A DNA stretch of 63,576 nucleotides, counting the filler, from Phoronis australis (Eukaryota; Animalia; Phoronida), in the NCBI GenBank assembly GCA_002633005.1. It is 6 parts of 6 records of this genome, joined end to end, with 100 filler letters (N's around TTAATTAATTAA, not from the genome) between each part and the next. Parts side by side here need not be neighbours in the genome. Positions count along the whole stretch, not along the records: positions 1 to 14,467 come from NMRA01001553.1; 5 more parts are not named here. One strand, 5' to 3'. Of this stretch, positions 1 through 11,270 are shown piece by piece. The notes beneath the pieces were generated by a model. That model made no database searches and was not told the DNA's origin. It was given only the letters and a program-made list of their open reading frames with translations. Each line of letters starts with the position of its first letter. The first letter of the stretch is position 1. The translations under genes were made by a program, and so were the position numbers.

Positions 1-116
1 ATTGTCTCCTTGACAACGTCCCTCATGACCTCCACCTCCTCTTCCACCACACAAGGTACCTGTATGGTATCCTCCTTGTACTCTGAACTTGATGGCTTAC
101 TGATAACAACACCAAT
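1..116 (-). CDS. SPTBN5: beta-heavy/beta-V spectrin exon (last visible, runs off window edge)
   Basis: AG acceptor at 118-117; phase-0 frame IGVVISKPSSSEYKEDTIQVPCVVEEEVEVMRDVVKET continues from exon 1364-1480; resembles the insert preceding the SH3 domain of beta-H spectrins. Confidence 0.75.
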   Translation of the reverse strand, partial: MGVVISKPSSSEYKEDTIQVPCVVEEEVEVMRDVVKET

Positions 117-632
117 CTGTGGTAAAAGATATTGGGGAATTTTAGGAAAAATCAAGTAGTGAAGCGAGAAGTTTACACCATATTTATTCATCACCACTCT
201 TTACTGTATCCAGGGGGTAACCTTTCAATTCCAGCTTTAATCTTGTAAACCCCAGTTTCGGACCACCAAATACCACGCTTGTGATACAAGATTCATACAT
301 GCACCCAAGAACTTCAATGAAAATACACCACACCCAGTGACCAAATTACAACCCTGAATCATGGGAGCAGAGAGTAATCTGGTCCCTGGATATGGAATTG
401 GTCACTTGGTACATAAGTGTATTGGTGTATTGTCTGTGCGTATGTGTGTGTAGAGTTTATGGGCACTTGCATTGTATTGGTATTGCGGGTTCAGTTTTTA
501 TTGGTTGGGGTTGAGGTTTTGGGGATCATAGCTAGAATGAAATGAGCAGGTACCTGCCACACCCTGGTAACTATAGCAAAGTCTTGTCACTTTTCATTCT
601 GTCAGTTATTGTTTCCAATTACTAGAGACCCT

Positions 633-960
633 CTAAATAAATTGATGGTCCTTAACCCTGGTCGATAACTGGTGACCCGTCTCGCTGATATATTTGTCAG
701 AACACTCACCACCTTTAAGTTTGTGAATCACACCGTAATTTTTTAAGAGGGGAGACACATCTTTAACTGATGGGAGGATGGACTGAATAGTGTTTGATGG
801 CTTGTGAAAGGACATAAGTGTTTTTGTGGTAAACAGTCTGAATCCTTTCAGAGACGCCTCTTACATAAGGAATACACACAGGGAATTTGATGCACGGAGG
901 ATCAGGGTGGTCACTTTGTCTTGGTTAAACACAAAACGGCAGTCACGTGAATATGGACAA
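633..960 (-). mobile_element. Decayed Penelope-like retroelement fragment (Poseidon-type GIY-YIG endonuclease region)
   Basis: FHKPSNTIQSILPSVKD...GVIHKLKGGECSDKYISETGHQLSTRVKDH matches the PLE pattern KPxNTL..L...KD...GVVY.I.C..C...YIGET.R.L..R..EH with degraded residues; upstream KVTTLILRA resembles the RT thumb. Confidence 0.7.
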
Positions 961-1363
961 TCGTATACTATTTTAAGGCAAAAACTAAGACTTTTCAGTC
1001 TTAAAATATTCAGAAATTATGTTTATGTAGTGTCCGTGACACATTTCTTACAATTCATTTCAATTAATTTGGTGAAAACTGTCCAGAAATCATTTGGCAG
1101 AACAGTACAAAACGTATATTGTAAACACAAGGCAAATATGGCATAATTTTATCAGGAAAATACAGAACGTTACCAGGAAATGAAATAGCTGGTTTCTATT
1201 TCTTTCGTTTTGTTTCCAACAGCTTATCAAAATTTTATCCAGACGCCGCACAATGGAGCTCAACTCAGCAGCAACAAGAGACACAGAAATGCAGCATCCA
1301 GCAAACATGATTTAAGAGTTGCAAATGAACCGGGTTTACAGTTACCTTAGTTAACCAGTTTAC

Positions 1364-1480
1364 CTTCGTAGCCTTGGAATGAGTCTTAGTCATTAATGAT
1401 GCCAGCTCGTCAAGCCTTTCAATGTCATCACGATACGACTTTATCTCCTCTTCAAGTCTAAGATGACGCTGCAGTAACTT
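1364..1480 (-). CDS. SPTBN5: beta-heavy spectrin exon
   Basis: AG..GT bounded, 117 nt, KLLQRHLRLEEEIKSYRDDIERLDELASLMTKTHSKATK (spectrin repeat helix B). Confidence 0.92.
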
Positions 1481-1585
1481 CTATAAGAATTAATCAAAAC
1501 TTCAGTTATGCAACGTTGGGTAATAAGACACAAACGATGTCAGAGCAGCTTTGGCAATAACATGGAACAGTTAGTACTTGTGACA

Positions 1586-1872
1586 ATCAGTCTTACAAGC
1601 ACATATTGACAGTTTTACAAGCACATTTTGACAGTTTTACAAGCACATTTTGACAGTTTAACAAGCACATTTTGACAGTTTTACAAGCACATTTTGACAG
1701 TCCGTCTCACAAGCACATTTTGACAGTCAGTCTCACAAGCACATTTTGACAGTCAGTCTTACAAGCACATTTTGACAGTCGGTCTTACAAGCACATTTTG
1801 ACAGACAGTCTTACAAGAACATTTTGACAGTTTTACAAGCACATTTTGACAGTCAGTCTTACAAGCACATTT
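1586..1872. repeat. Minisatellite, 21-25 bp unit TTACAAGCACATTTTGACAG(TCAGTC), about 12 copies
   Basis: Directly visible tandem units. Confidence 0.95.
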
Positions 1873-2304
1873 CTTTACCCAAGAACCAAATGCACTAACT
1901 TGCCTCCTGTCAGGTAACAAAGTGGCTGCACTGTGTCATGCAAACTCAGCTGCTGTACTTTTGATATTTGTTTCTTAATAACCCACGAGCAGCATCTGTT
2001 TGATTAGAAGCGATCATCGAGTGCTTCACTGGCTCTACTTGACGCTGACAAGAGCACAGCACATGAAGTACATCCATGTCAAGACCTTCTGTATTGAGTC
2101 GCAGATACTTGATGACAGCCATCCGCACACACACAAACATGCAAATTTCGACCATCTTGAATTTTGCAATTCACTAGACTCACTAATCATCACGAAATGT
2201 GAATAACATTTAGTAATCGAAACTGACACACCGCCACATTAGGTTCAAAACCTTTTGAGATGGTATGCTGACAGAACTGCATCCAACCAAATAGCCCAAC
2301 TCAC

Positions 2305-2400
2305 CTTGGCGCTGGACTCATCCTTGCCGTAGTCCTCACTACACACCAGTGGCAGCTTTTCTCTCATCCATGATTCAGCCTCATTGGCATCTTGATAATA
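2305..2400 (-). CDS. SPTBN5: beta-heavy spectrin exon
   Basis: AG..GT bounded, 96 nt, YYQDANEAESWMREKLPLVCSEDYGKDESSAK (typical spectrin repeat helix A). Confidence 0.95.
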
Positions 2401-2688
2401 CTGCAACATGTTCAAGTGTAAAAGATACAGAATAACAATTGAGTGAAAACTTCCATTAAGTAAAATCCTTTAAAGGCAATTATCACGTTATCCATCCACA
2501 AAGCTATGAAAATTATCACAAGTAGCCCATTTAAACGTCAACTAATATCTCATGCCTCATAACATCTCTGAAAAGCCAACTACTGCTTATTTACTTCTAA
2601 TGTCAGTCTTCACCACAATCCTGCCCCATGGATCACTATCAAGCACCGCTCCTGATAAAACAATGATTTTTTTCTGTATTCAGTCACT

Positions 2689-3170
2689 AAAAACACCTCC
2701 GAGTGTCAATAAACAAAACACCTCCCTGTATCAATGCCTAAAACACCTCCCTGTCTCAATAACCAAAACACCTCCCTGTGTCAATAACCAAAACACCTCC
2801 CTGTGTCAATAACCAAAACACCTCCCTGTGTCAATAACCAAAACACCTCCCTGTGTCAATAACCAAAACACCTCCCTGTGTCAATAACCAAAACACCTCC
2901 CTGTGTCAATAACCAAAACACNNNNNNNNNNNNNNNNNNNNNNNNNNNNNNNNNNNNNNNNNNNNNNNNNNNNNNNNNNNNNNNNNNNNNNNNNNNNNNN
3001 NNNNNNNNNNNNNNNNNNNNNNNNNNNNNNNNNNNNNNNNNNNNNNNNNNNNNNNNNNNNNNNAATAACCAAAACACCTCCCACTGTCAATAACCAAAAC
3101 ACCTCCCTGTCTCAATAACCAAAACACCTCCCTGTCTCAATAACCACAACACCTTCCTGTCTCAATAACC
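2689..3170. repeat. Minisatellite, 25-bp unit AAAACACCTCCCTGTGTCAATAACC, with internal N gap 2922-3063
   Basis: Directly visible tandem units on both sides of the gap. Confidence 0.95.
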
Positions 3171-5331
3171 TTCCCCTTGTTTTGTCAACATTGCTCCATT
3201 TGCTGACCCGCAGCTCTCCAACGGGACTTCAAATTGCGTTTAGCGATCTGGTAAAAATTCTAAGTCACCAATGCGAGTAACAAATCCAAGTCATATCCCA
3301 ATATCAATCAAAAATTTGTGGTGACTTCCAAAGTTTAAATTAATAACATGTTGTTCCTAGATTCAAAATCTTTGGTTCTCAACTGTTTGGTTAATGACGT
3401 AAAATCAGTGCATTTGCTAGCCTCAAACACGCCCTTAAATTACAACAGCAAGTAAACAGATGGAAGTTGGAATTTTTCAGCAAAAATTGGGCAAGGTGCG
3501 ACCATGAAGCACGTGTCTCCAGTGTTTCCGATTTTCCGCACTCCCTGTAGGTAAAAGTTCATTTAGACCGAGTCAGGGTTAGAAAACGAAAATAAAACTC
3601 AGAAATGTATCTGAATAAATTACGTACTCAGGTAAAAAATTTCAAGAGATTGGAGAGTCGACATTGGGGACTCGTGTTGAATGAGGGAATGTGAGGCATA
3701 AGAGTATTGTGCATCACAATACCCAGTGAATGGTGTACATTTACAGAAACAAAATGTAACAGGCATGCGTAATTTTTAACAATGGTGACGGCCGCAGGTT
3801 TTTTTGGTTAGCGGCCAATGACCTTAGTTTTGGTGTTCATTTGGCAACCTGGGATTTTCAATAAGTCGTATTTGGCAAGTTGGCATTGATCTAAGAGTCG
3901 AACACTAACACAACCTGTCCCTCCTTTAAACACCTCCTATCAATAACCACAAGTTCCCTTGTGATGTTGCCAATCACTAACACACCGTGACCATCCTTGC
4001 ATACACCTCCTCCAGTCAATAATCTCCACCCCCTCTTATGCTTGTCAGTCACCACTACACCCTGACCCAGTGACTCATCTAGCGGCCGTCTTGGCTGTCA
4101 CTGGGATGGCCATTTAAAAAAATGACGGCTTTGGACAGCACGGCCAGGACAAAAAAAAGATGGCTTGTTTCAAGACAACCTCGGCGAAAACGACCGCTAA
4201 ATGAAGAATTTTATTGAAACCTACAATCCATCCTTTTAATTTGATAAATATTCAGAAATAACTCAACATTCGGGACTATTGCCGTCTATGTTTACTATAA
4301 ATATCAAAATGACGATTGGCAAATACTGGCAGCCAAGTTTTTGGGGAATACCTTCCTGTTCTGTGACGTCAGGGTGACCTAATATGAAATCCCCCGCACG
4401 GCGAGTGTCGAGAAATAATGCATTCAGCACTAACTACCTGTACATAGACAGTAATCTTTGAAATTGAAGTACACCCGAAGTTCAAAGGATGCCAGTTACC
4501 GACACTGAAATTGAAGTGCACTCTAGAGGTGTAATCGACAGAGCAGCCAATTTGAAATAGAACATACATGTTGAAAAAAATGATAATTGCTAAATACGCA
4601 CTGTACAAGCAGAAACTGTGAAGTGACTAGGTCTGTGAGAGCAAGTGGTCTAAATACCCGAAGGAGAAAACTGATTGTCGGAAACCAACAACGTCCAAGC
4701 GTGACCTCAGTGGCGCGCTGTGATTGGCTGAAAAGCCCGTGCTGCATAATTTATTAATGAGCAGACGCGTGCCCAGGGAAAGTGAACTGGTGCAAAGGTC
4801 AAAGCCGTGTACAAAGTGGTAAACAATATACAGCTGTGCGTATGACGTAACGGCCCAGTACAGTGGGGCCCACAAAGAAATACGTGACTGATGAGTCATC
4901 CGAGCACCATGTGCGCTGTGCCAATGGCCTAAATGTCAGCGCTAAATAAGCAAAGAGTTATGCACATGAAGACATTACAGCTATCAGAAAGCATATTGGA
5001 GCCTTGTAGAAAAAGGCCGTGCCGGGTGGCGCCAACCCCGAAGCAAGTAGGCAAATACCACGTGTCAACGCGAGACCCATAATTCCCAGCGCCGATGCAG
5101 TCGGCCAACGGGTGAGCAGCCGAGTCACAGAGTTGGTGAACTCAGTTCGCACAAAAAATCTTTTCTTGTAAAACTTCCAACATGGTACAATGAAAACAAG
5201 AATATGCTCAGTTATGCAATCTGAGTGTGGTTGCGGTAAATTTGCGCACATGAACTTCCCGAAGGAAAAACACGTCTTCCTCCAGAAGGTAAGTCCGTGT
5301 AATGATTCACTTTGCGCATGTCTGTATCTCA

Positions 5332-5763
5332 TGGTAGTACTTGTGGTAGTACTTGTGGTAGTACTTGTGGTAGTACTTGTGGTAGTACTTGTGGTAGTAC
5401 TTGTGGTAGTACTTGTGGTAGTACTTGTGGTAGTACTTGTGGTAGTACTTGTGGTAGTACTTGTGGTAGTACTTGTGGTAGTACTTGTGGTAGTACTTGT
5501 GGTAGTACTTGTGGTAGTACTTGTGGTAGTACTTGTGGTAGTACTTGTGGTAGTACTTGTGGTAGTACTTGTGGTAGTACTTGTGGTAGTACTTGTGGTA
5601 GTACTTGTGGTAGTACTTGTGGTAGTACTTGTGGTAGTACTTGTGGTAGTACTTGTGGTAGTACTTGTGGTAGTACTTGTGGTAGTACTTGTGGTAGTAC
5701 TTGTGGTAGTACTTGTGGTAGTACTTGTGGTAGTACTTGTGGTAGTACTTGTGGTAGTACTTG
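5332..5763. repeat. Perfect tandem array (TGGTAGTACTTG)x36
   Basis: 12-bp unit over 432 bp, no variants seen; explains the low-complexity ORFs at 5190-5863. Confidence 0.97.
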
Positions 5764-6170
5764 GGGGAATTCTGGGAGGAATAAAATTCTAGGACTGACC
5801 TGCCGTACAAATGCCATCAATGTTGTTGAACCAGATGAAGTTAGCGCAAATTGTCTTAATTAGTTCACACTGTTCCGTTACGACTCAAATGAATGAAAAA
5901 ATTATGAAAAATCCGCCCAGACCGAACGAAGTAAATTGATACGCAAGAATGCAGTACAAATTTCATGCGAAAAAATATGTTTTGTCTAATGTTGGTTACG
6001 TGTTCAATGACTAACTGAGCATGAAAGTAAAAGCCTCGAAATAGTTCAACTTTTTGTGGAATTCCACGATTACTGGGCGATTCGAGTTTGCTTTGTGCGT
6101 GGCACTGTGTGTCGTACATTAATGGAAAAAGTAGGTCATCCAGTCACATGCACAGCACCTGTTACTTCGG

Positions 6171-6267
6171 CTGTGAACCAGACTGTGAACCAGGGTGTGA
6201 ACCAGGGTGTGAACCAGGCTGTGAGTCAGGCTGTGAACCAGACTGCGAACCAGACTGCGAACCAGGC
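6171..6267. repeat. 12-bp tandem repeat, consensus CTGTGAACCAG(A/G), about 8 copies
   Basis: Directly visible. Confidence 0.9.
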
Positions 6268-7592
6268 CGGGATTTGGCTCTTAAAACTGTGAGTTAAGAA
6301 TGCTTCTTTTTAAGAATAAATTTGTTATAGCATAGTATGAAAGTCCGTGATTGACTTTGGACCTGGTATGTGTCAATTTTAACAAAGCATCAATTTATAA
6401 TCCTCTGCAGAAGACACTAACAGTCACGATGTCCCAGCGACAAATGACGGCGCTCAAAGCAAAACTCTGAACTGGTAGGATATAAGCGGTCCAGGCAATC
6501 ACTGAATAATGGTCCCATTATTCAGTGGATGAAACTGGTTCTCAAAATCAGGGATTGCTTTATTCGACCAGTGCCGTCAAGGTACCATTCAGGCAATTTC
6601 AAATTTGCTAGTAAAGCGCACGGAAAAACAATTGGAGAATGTAAAAATACGAGCGCCAAATTCAAACACGGACTTCCGACTTTTTTTTGGTTGTCATCTT
6701 ATATGATGCCAAATCCGGGTACACAAGCACGAGTGCAAATATGCCGTCACTCCTATTTTCGAGCAGAGATTTTCGCCTGTTTCAAGCGCTGGCAGGGCTG
6801 AGTTGAATTTGTTGAGGATGTGTGTTTAGTATTCACTGTAGACTTATGAATTGTAGCAGTGCTGTTTGGTGTAATGAAACCAGTATCTATGGTGAAACGT
6901 AGGCACATGTACTAAAGGCTATACTTCTTCATGTCCTTTCAAATGCAACTTCATTGTTTTCTCATAAGTTTAAATTATCTTCCTCAGCTGAATTAAATTA
7001 ATATACTCCTCTTTTGAGAGCTTCAAGATACATTAAATTCTGAAGTCACCCTGTGAATTATCTGTCTAACATGCAACTCAGCAAAGATTATCTTACAAAA
7101 AGATTTGCAGACATTTATTTTTGAAGTCTCAATACACACATCCTGAATGGAACAAACCATTTAATGTTTGTTTAGTTTCCTTCTTTGTCGTCCTTTGAAC
7201 AAGAAAAAAAATCCAGTCAGCTAAAATGCAAGGAAACTGACCTTTTTTATATAAATTACAATTTTTCCCTCAGCGGTAAGGGGAACCCCCCCCCTCTTGA
7301 CTTCCCCCTTCAGTGCTGTGCGCCTCAGAATAGCACCTCGCACGACTCGTCAGTTTCACGAATTTGGACCCCACTTTTCAAATCCAGATGAGTCCCTGCG
7401 CTGACCTTCCCAGCCAAACGGCTTTCCCTTCCAAGTCAATCATCGCTAAAACTAGGTCATGCCTACCACAACAAAACATCACTTCATCTCTTTCCTGTTC
7501 GTCACCGATAAAACCTGCCTTACAGAGCCTGCCAGTCCCCAGCAAGTTCCTCCCCCATAGCCACACCTCTTCTCAAACCATCAGACACTCAC

Positions 7593-7793
7593 CTTATGCG
7601 ACTCCTCAGCATCCTCCAACCGTGCCCTTCGTGATGCTGTCAACTCCTCCAACATGACCCACTTCTCTCTCACACTGTCCACCCTCCCTTTAACATCCCG
7701 TGCTGCATAGTGACCTTGTTGCACTAGACTCTCCCCAGTTCTGGCCACCTGGTCACACCTGGGCTTACGAGCTACCATTTCGGCTTCAAGAGC
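7593..7793 (-). CDS. SPTBN5: beta-heavy spectrin exon
   Basis: AG..GT bounded, 201 nt, ALEAEMVARKPRCDQVARTGESLVQQGHYAA...RRARLEDAEESHK. Confidence 0.95.
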
Positions 7794-10114
7794 CTGCAAA
7801 CAAGGCACACAATGCTATTATGAAACCACAAACAGACCAACAATAATGATGACAAAAAATCAAAAATTGATGAAATTGAAAAAATCTTCATTAACCAGAC
7901 ATACTTTTTCAACACAACAAACAGATGAATATAGACACAATGAGACACAATTTCACACAATCTCATTTTGCCTAAACCAATGTGACTTACAAAAAATCTG
8001 TAACATGCATTTAATATTCTTCATTTCATGACAGAAATTCAAGCTGAAATTGAATTTTTTTATTCTAAAAATAGGAAAATGGGCACTTTTGGAGTTTTCA
8101 GAATTCTCAAAATATCACACTGATTTTTATATCAAAAATACATTCAGTAATTCATAAAATCATTGAAAATAGCCACAAACGAAAGACAACATTTTAATGC
8201 AAGCCCATAGTGAGTGTTACATCAAGGAGAATAATCATCTGCTGTCCACAATGAATATGGGACAGTAACGGGCAAATCACAATCAAGGTCCATATTCGGT
8301 GGCCACTTTTGGTGAAAAATGAAGGTTATCATATAACTGTAAAAGCTGGGTGATTTTAAAGTACAATCATTCCAGGTTTGTAGTCTAAAATATTTTTGCA
8401 CAACAACCACCGAATAAAATTTTATGGCCTAATGCATCACAGTTGTATAAAAGAGTGCGTACACTACAACTTGTGGTCACAGCCCATTTCTACCATGCAA
8501 AAAATCATAAGGTAGCTGTTAATTTAATAAGTTCTGGATCAAATTGAAGAAGTATAACATACTAAAGTAAGAAAGTCATTATCGTGCTGATCAAGTTGTT
8601 CTAGATGATGATACATTGCATATCTTAACACAGTATAATGAAAATTTTTTCTCTTGCAATGTGATTCTTACAAAAAGAAAATGACAAGTAACTACTTTTT
8701 TCAAAAACTTTATTGGTGCTATTTGCTTAGTTTTCAATATATTCACCAGTTGGTCAAACTAGTTAAAGCAATGCTAGGACCAGTGTTCCATTTGTAAATA
8801 GTAAAAATAGTACTGTTTGGGGGGTACGTACACTACGCACAGTCAATCAACGTCAAATTTTGACTAATTTACAAATGTATGGGATGGTCTCGAGTTTTGT
8901 GCTGCCTCTACTTGTTGGTTTGTTGCAAGCTGTCTTGAGAGAAAGAGAACCTGCCTCTGCAACATCAGTTGTCACATGACATGTCTTCTAGGATGTTAAG
9001 TACCAGCCAAGTCCTGTGCGGCATTTTTTGCCCACATATTTGATAATGTCCATTTTTTTGTCAGACTGGATTTATTTTGGAAATATCAGTATTGTTCATG
9101 AGAACAGCAGATCTGGCCGTATGTAAAAATACTTGTGGGCAATACTTCATAGCACAGAGGTTGAAGGTACGTACACTACACAGGGGTACGTTCACTACAT
9201 TTCAATGACTTGTTGTCAGATTTATAAAAAATACTGAGAGTTATTTCATTTACCAAATATATAAAGAGAACAAATAATGAGTACTGCATACATGTGCATA
9301 TCTGTCTGTCATTATTTGAAAACAGGCACGTTATATTGTAGGGGTACGTACACTACACAAATGCTAATATTTCACTCGCAACAAATGTATTTGTAATTAA
9401 CACCCTTGTAACCTAGCATTTTTAAAGGAGGAAACTGACTGTGACAAGTGTTGCTTACTTTTATTATTTATTTATTAATGTAATATTTACAATGAGGGTA
9501 GCCCCATCAGTTCACACTGCAACTGTGTAATATTTTTGTGTCAGATGGCATTTGTTCAGATTGGGGTACGTACACTACATCACTGTTTGTGCATCACATG
9601 GTACCATAATGTTGCATGGCCACTTATTTTTCTTTGATGATAATAAGCACCATGTTATTATTCAAAAGGCAATACCGGTAATTTCATTTGCAATGACCAT
9701 TTGTGTTACTGAATTCCACATGGGGGTATGTACACTACATTTTGGTAGCCTTTTTGGCCCATTTTCAACATAGGAGAACCCAGTCGATATCCAAACTTTT
9801 GGTTTGTTTAGATATTGAATAATTTGCTCTGTTGCTTAGGCTAGCATATTCTGCAGTTCTTTTTATTACAGAGTGTGAACTTTAGGTTGTAACCTTCTTT
9901 ACAGTAGGTGAGGGTTAGAAACACAGAATTTACAAATTTCGTAACGAGTGCCTGTTTTATGATGAACCCTATCATTTCTCAATGACTAAGCACAACTTCA
10001 TCTAAGTGATTCTGAAAGTGACTGAAGTTATTCCCAGTCATGTCTAAGCAATTGCTTACTTGATAAAATAAATTTCTTTTCTACAGTTGACAATTGAATA
10101 TTGTAATTTTTAAA

Positions 10115-10546
10115 ATGGCCACTCGTAACGCTACACAATGTAACAAAACTAGGTGCAAAATGTGTAACTTTATCAACGATAGCACTTTTTTCCAGTCTTC
10201 CCAAACCAATGAAAACTTTGAAATAAAACATTATTCTGATTGCACCACCAACAATACTATTTACCTTATAACTTGTAAAAAATGTTCTATCCAATACGTA
10301 GGACAAACTCAACATAATCTACAAAATCGGTTTCGTAATCATAGATTTAACATAATACATAAAAACATTTCTAATACTACAGGTAATCATTTCAATTCCA
10401 AAAACCATAATATTCAAGATCTTTCTGTACAAATAATAGAAAAACTCCAACACCCCAGTACCCGTCACAGGCTCAAAAGAGAACAATATTGGATGGACAC
10501 GCTCAATACAATAGAACCTCATGGATTGAACATAAAAACTTCTTAA
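10115..10546 (+). CDS. Stand-alone GIY-YIG endonuclease, Neptune/Penelope-like (143 aa)
   Basis: ATG in AAAATGG context; CNKTRCKMC Zn-linker, NTIYLITCKKCSIQYVGQT, LQNRFRNHR, HF...H, RLKREQYW, PHGLN; no stops; no RT upstream. Confidence 0.85.
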   Translation: MATRNATQCNKTRCKMCNFINDSTFFQSSQTNENFEIKHYSDCTTNNTIYLITCKKCSIQYVGQTQHNLQNRFRNHRFNIIHKNISNTTGNHFNSKNHNIQDLSVQIIEKLQHPSTRHRLKREQYWMDTLNTIEPHGLNIKTS

Positions 10547-10651
10547 AATATGTCATTGAATTTTTTACGCAAAAATGTATCATATTCATTACACCATATC
10601 TTATATGTAAATTGTCATATAGTGTTTGATTTTACTTTATTTCTGTTTTTG

Positions 10652-10684
10652 TTGACAAAGGAAGTTATTACATCCGAAAATTTC
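10652..10684 (+). ncRNA. Minimal hammerhead-ribozyme-like motif (U3-A8 core variant)
   Basis: TTGACAA-A-GGA(agttattaca)TCC-GAAA-ATTTC about 105 nt after the GIY-YIG stop, where PLEs carry minimal hammerheads; stem I pairing is poor. Confidence 0.45.
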
Positions 10685-11270
10685 AAATTTCAGTTGATCC
10701 ATTCTTGTTGTTTTATTTACCGATTAATAAAAATGCTTGAAATTCATAGACAAAAACATGGATAAATGTCTTAAACATTGCCCGATTTTAATGATTCCTT
10801 TTAATTTGCACAACTAAATAACTCTTTGCATATGAGATTCAGTTTGCATATGGTAAGCGATCAAAAAAAATTATTTGAGACCGTAACACAGTCAACTCTC
10901 GAATATGGACGTTGATTGTGATTTAGCCGTAATGGCTATTTACTACAGTAAGTAATGCCAATTTCTAAAAGTTGGTACAAGTTCTGACCTTGAGAAAACA
11001 ATCCATTTATCACTGTCCCAAACTGGAGAACTTTACCATAATTCTAGGGATTAGCTCAACTGGTTTGTTCACTGAAAGTCACAATTTTGTGACCTATTTA
11101 AACTAGCCCAACTTACCACAAAACCAACAGTTTAACAGCAAAGATCAAAATTTTATGTCTGGCTCATATCCATCTTAAACCTACAAAATGTCTGAAACAC
11201 ACTTTCAACCACAAAACCAAAAAGAGCTTAAAGCACTCAGTGAAAACAGACTGCTAATTTACCAGCGTAC

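Larger units (their letters stand above)
8269..10929. mobile_element. TIR-bounded non-autonomous element (30-bp TIRs, TAA duplication) carrying a GIY-YIG ORF
   Basis: Left 8269-8298 CGGGCAAATCACAATCAAGGTCCATATTCG vs reverse complement of 10900-10929 CGGCTAAATCACAATCAACGTCCATATTCG (27/30); TAA at 8266-8268 and 10930-10932. Confidence 0.8.

Noticed and set aside
207-570. Weak inverted similarity in the spectrin intron
   Set aside because: Too diverged to define arms or TSD by eye.
2856-3127. ORFs spanning N runs (also 19042-19737 and 23027-23573)
   Set aside because: Open only because Ns hide stop codons.
4888-4894. CTGATGA hammerhead-core-like heptamer (also at 53246 and 53271)
   Set aside because: No stem II followed by GAAA; the latter two belong to a 25-bp tandem duplication.
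5190-5863. Four overlapping ORFs of 163-200 aa (VVLV, YYHK, GSTC, QVLP repeats)
   Set aside because: By-products of the 12-bp tandem array; no unique coding context.
8453-9738. Repeat-spacer pattern next to a nuclease, suggestive of a CRISPR-like array
   Set aside because: Repeat is only 16 bp, spacers vary from 3 to about 350 bp, no cas genes, eukaryotic intron; kept only as a motif cluster.
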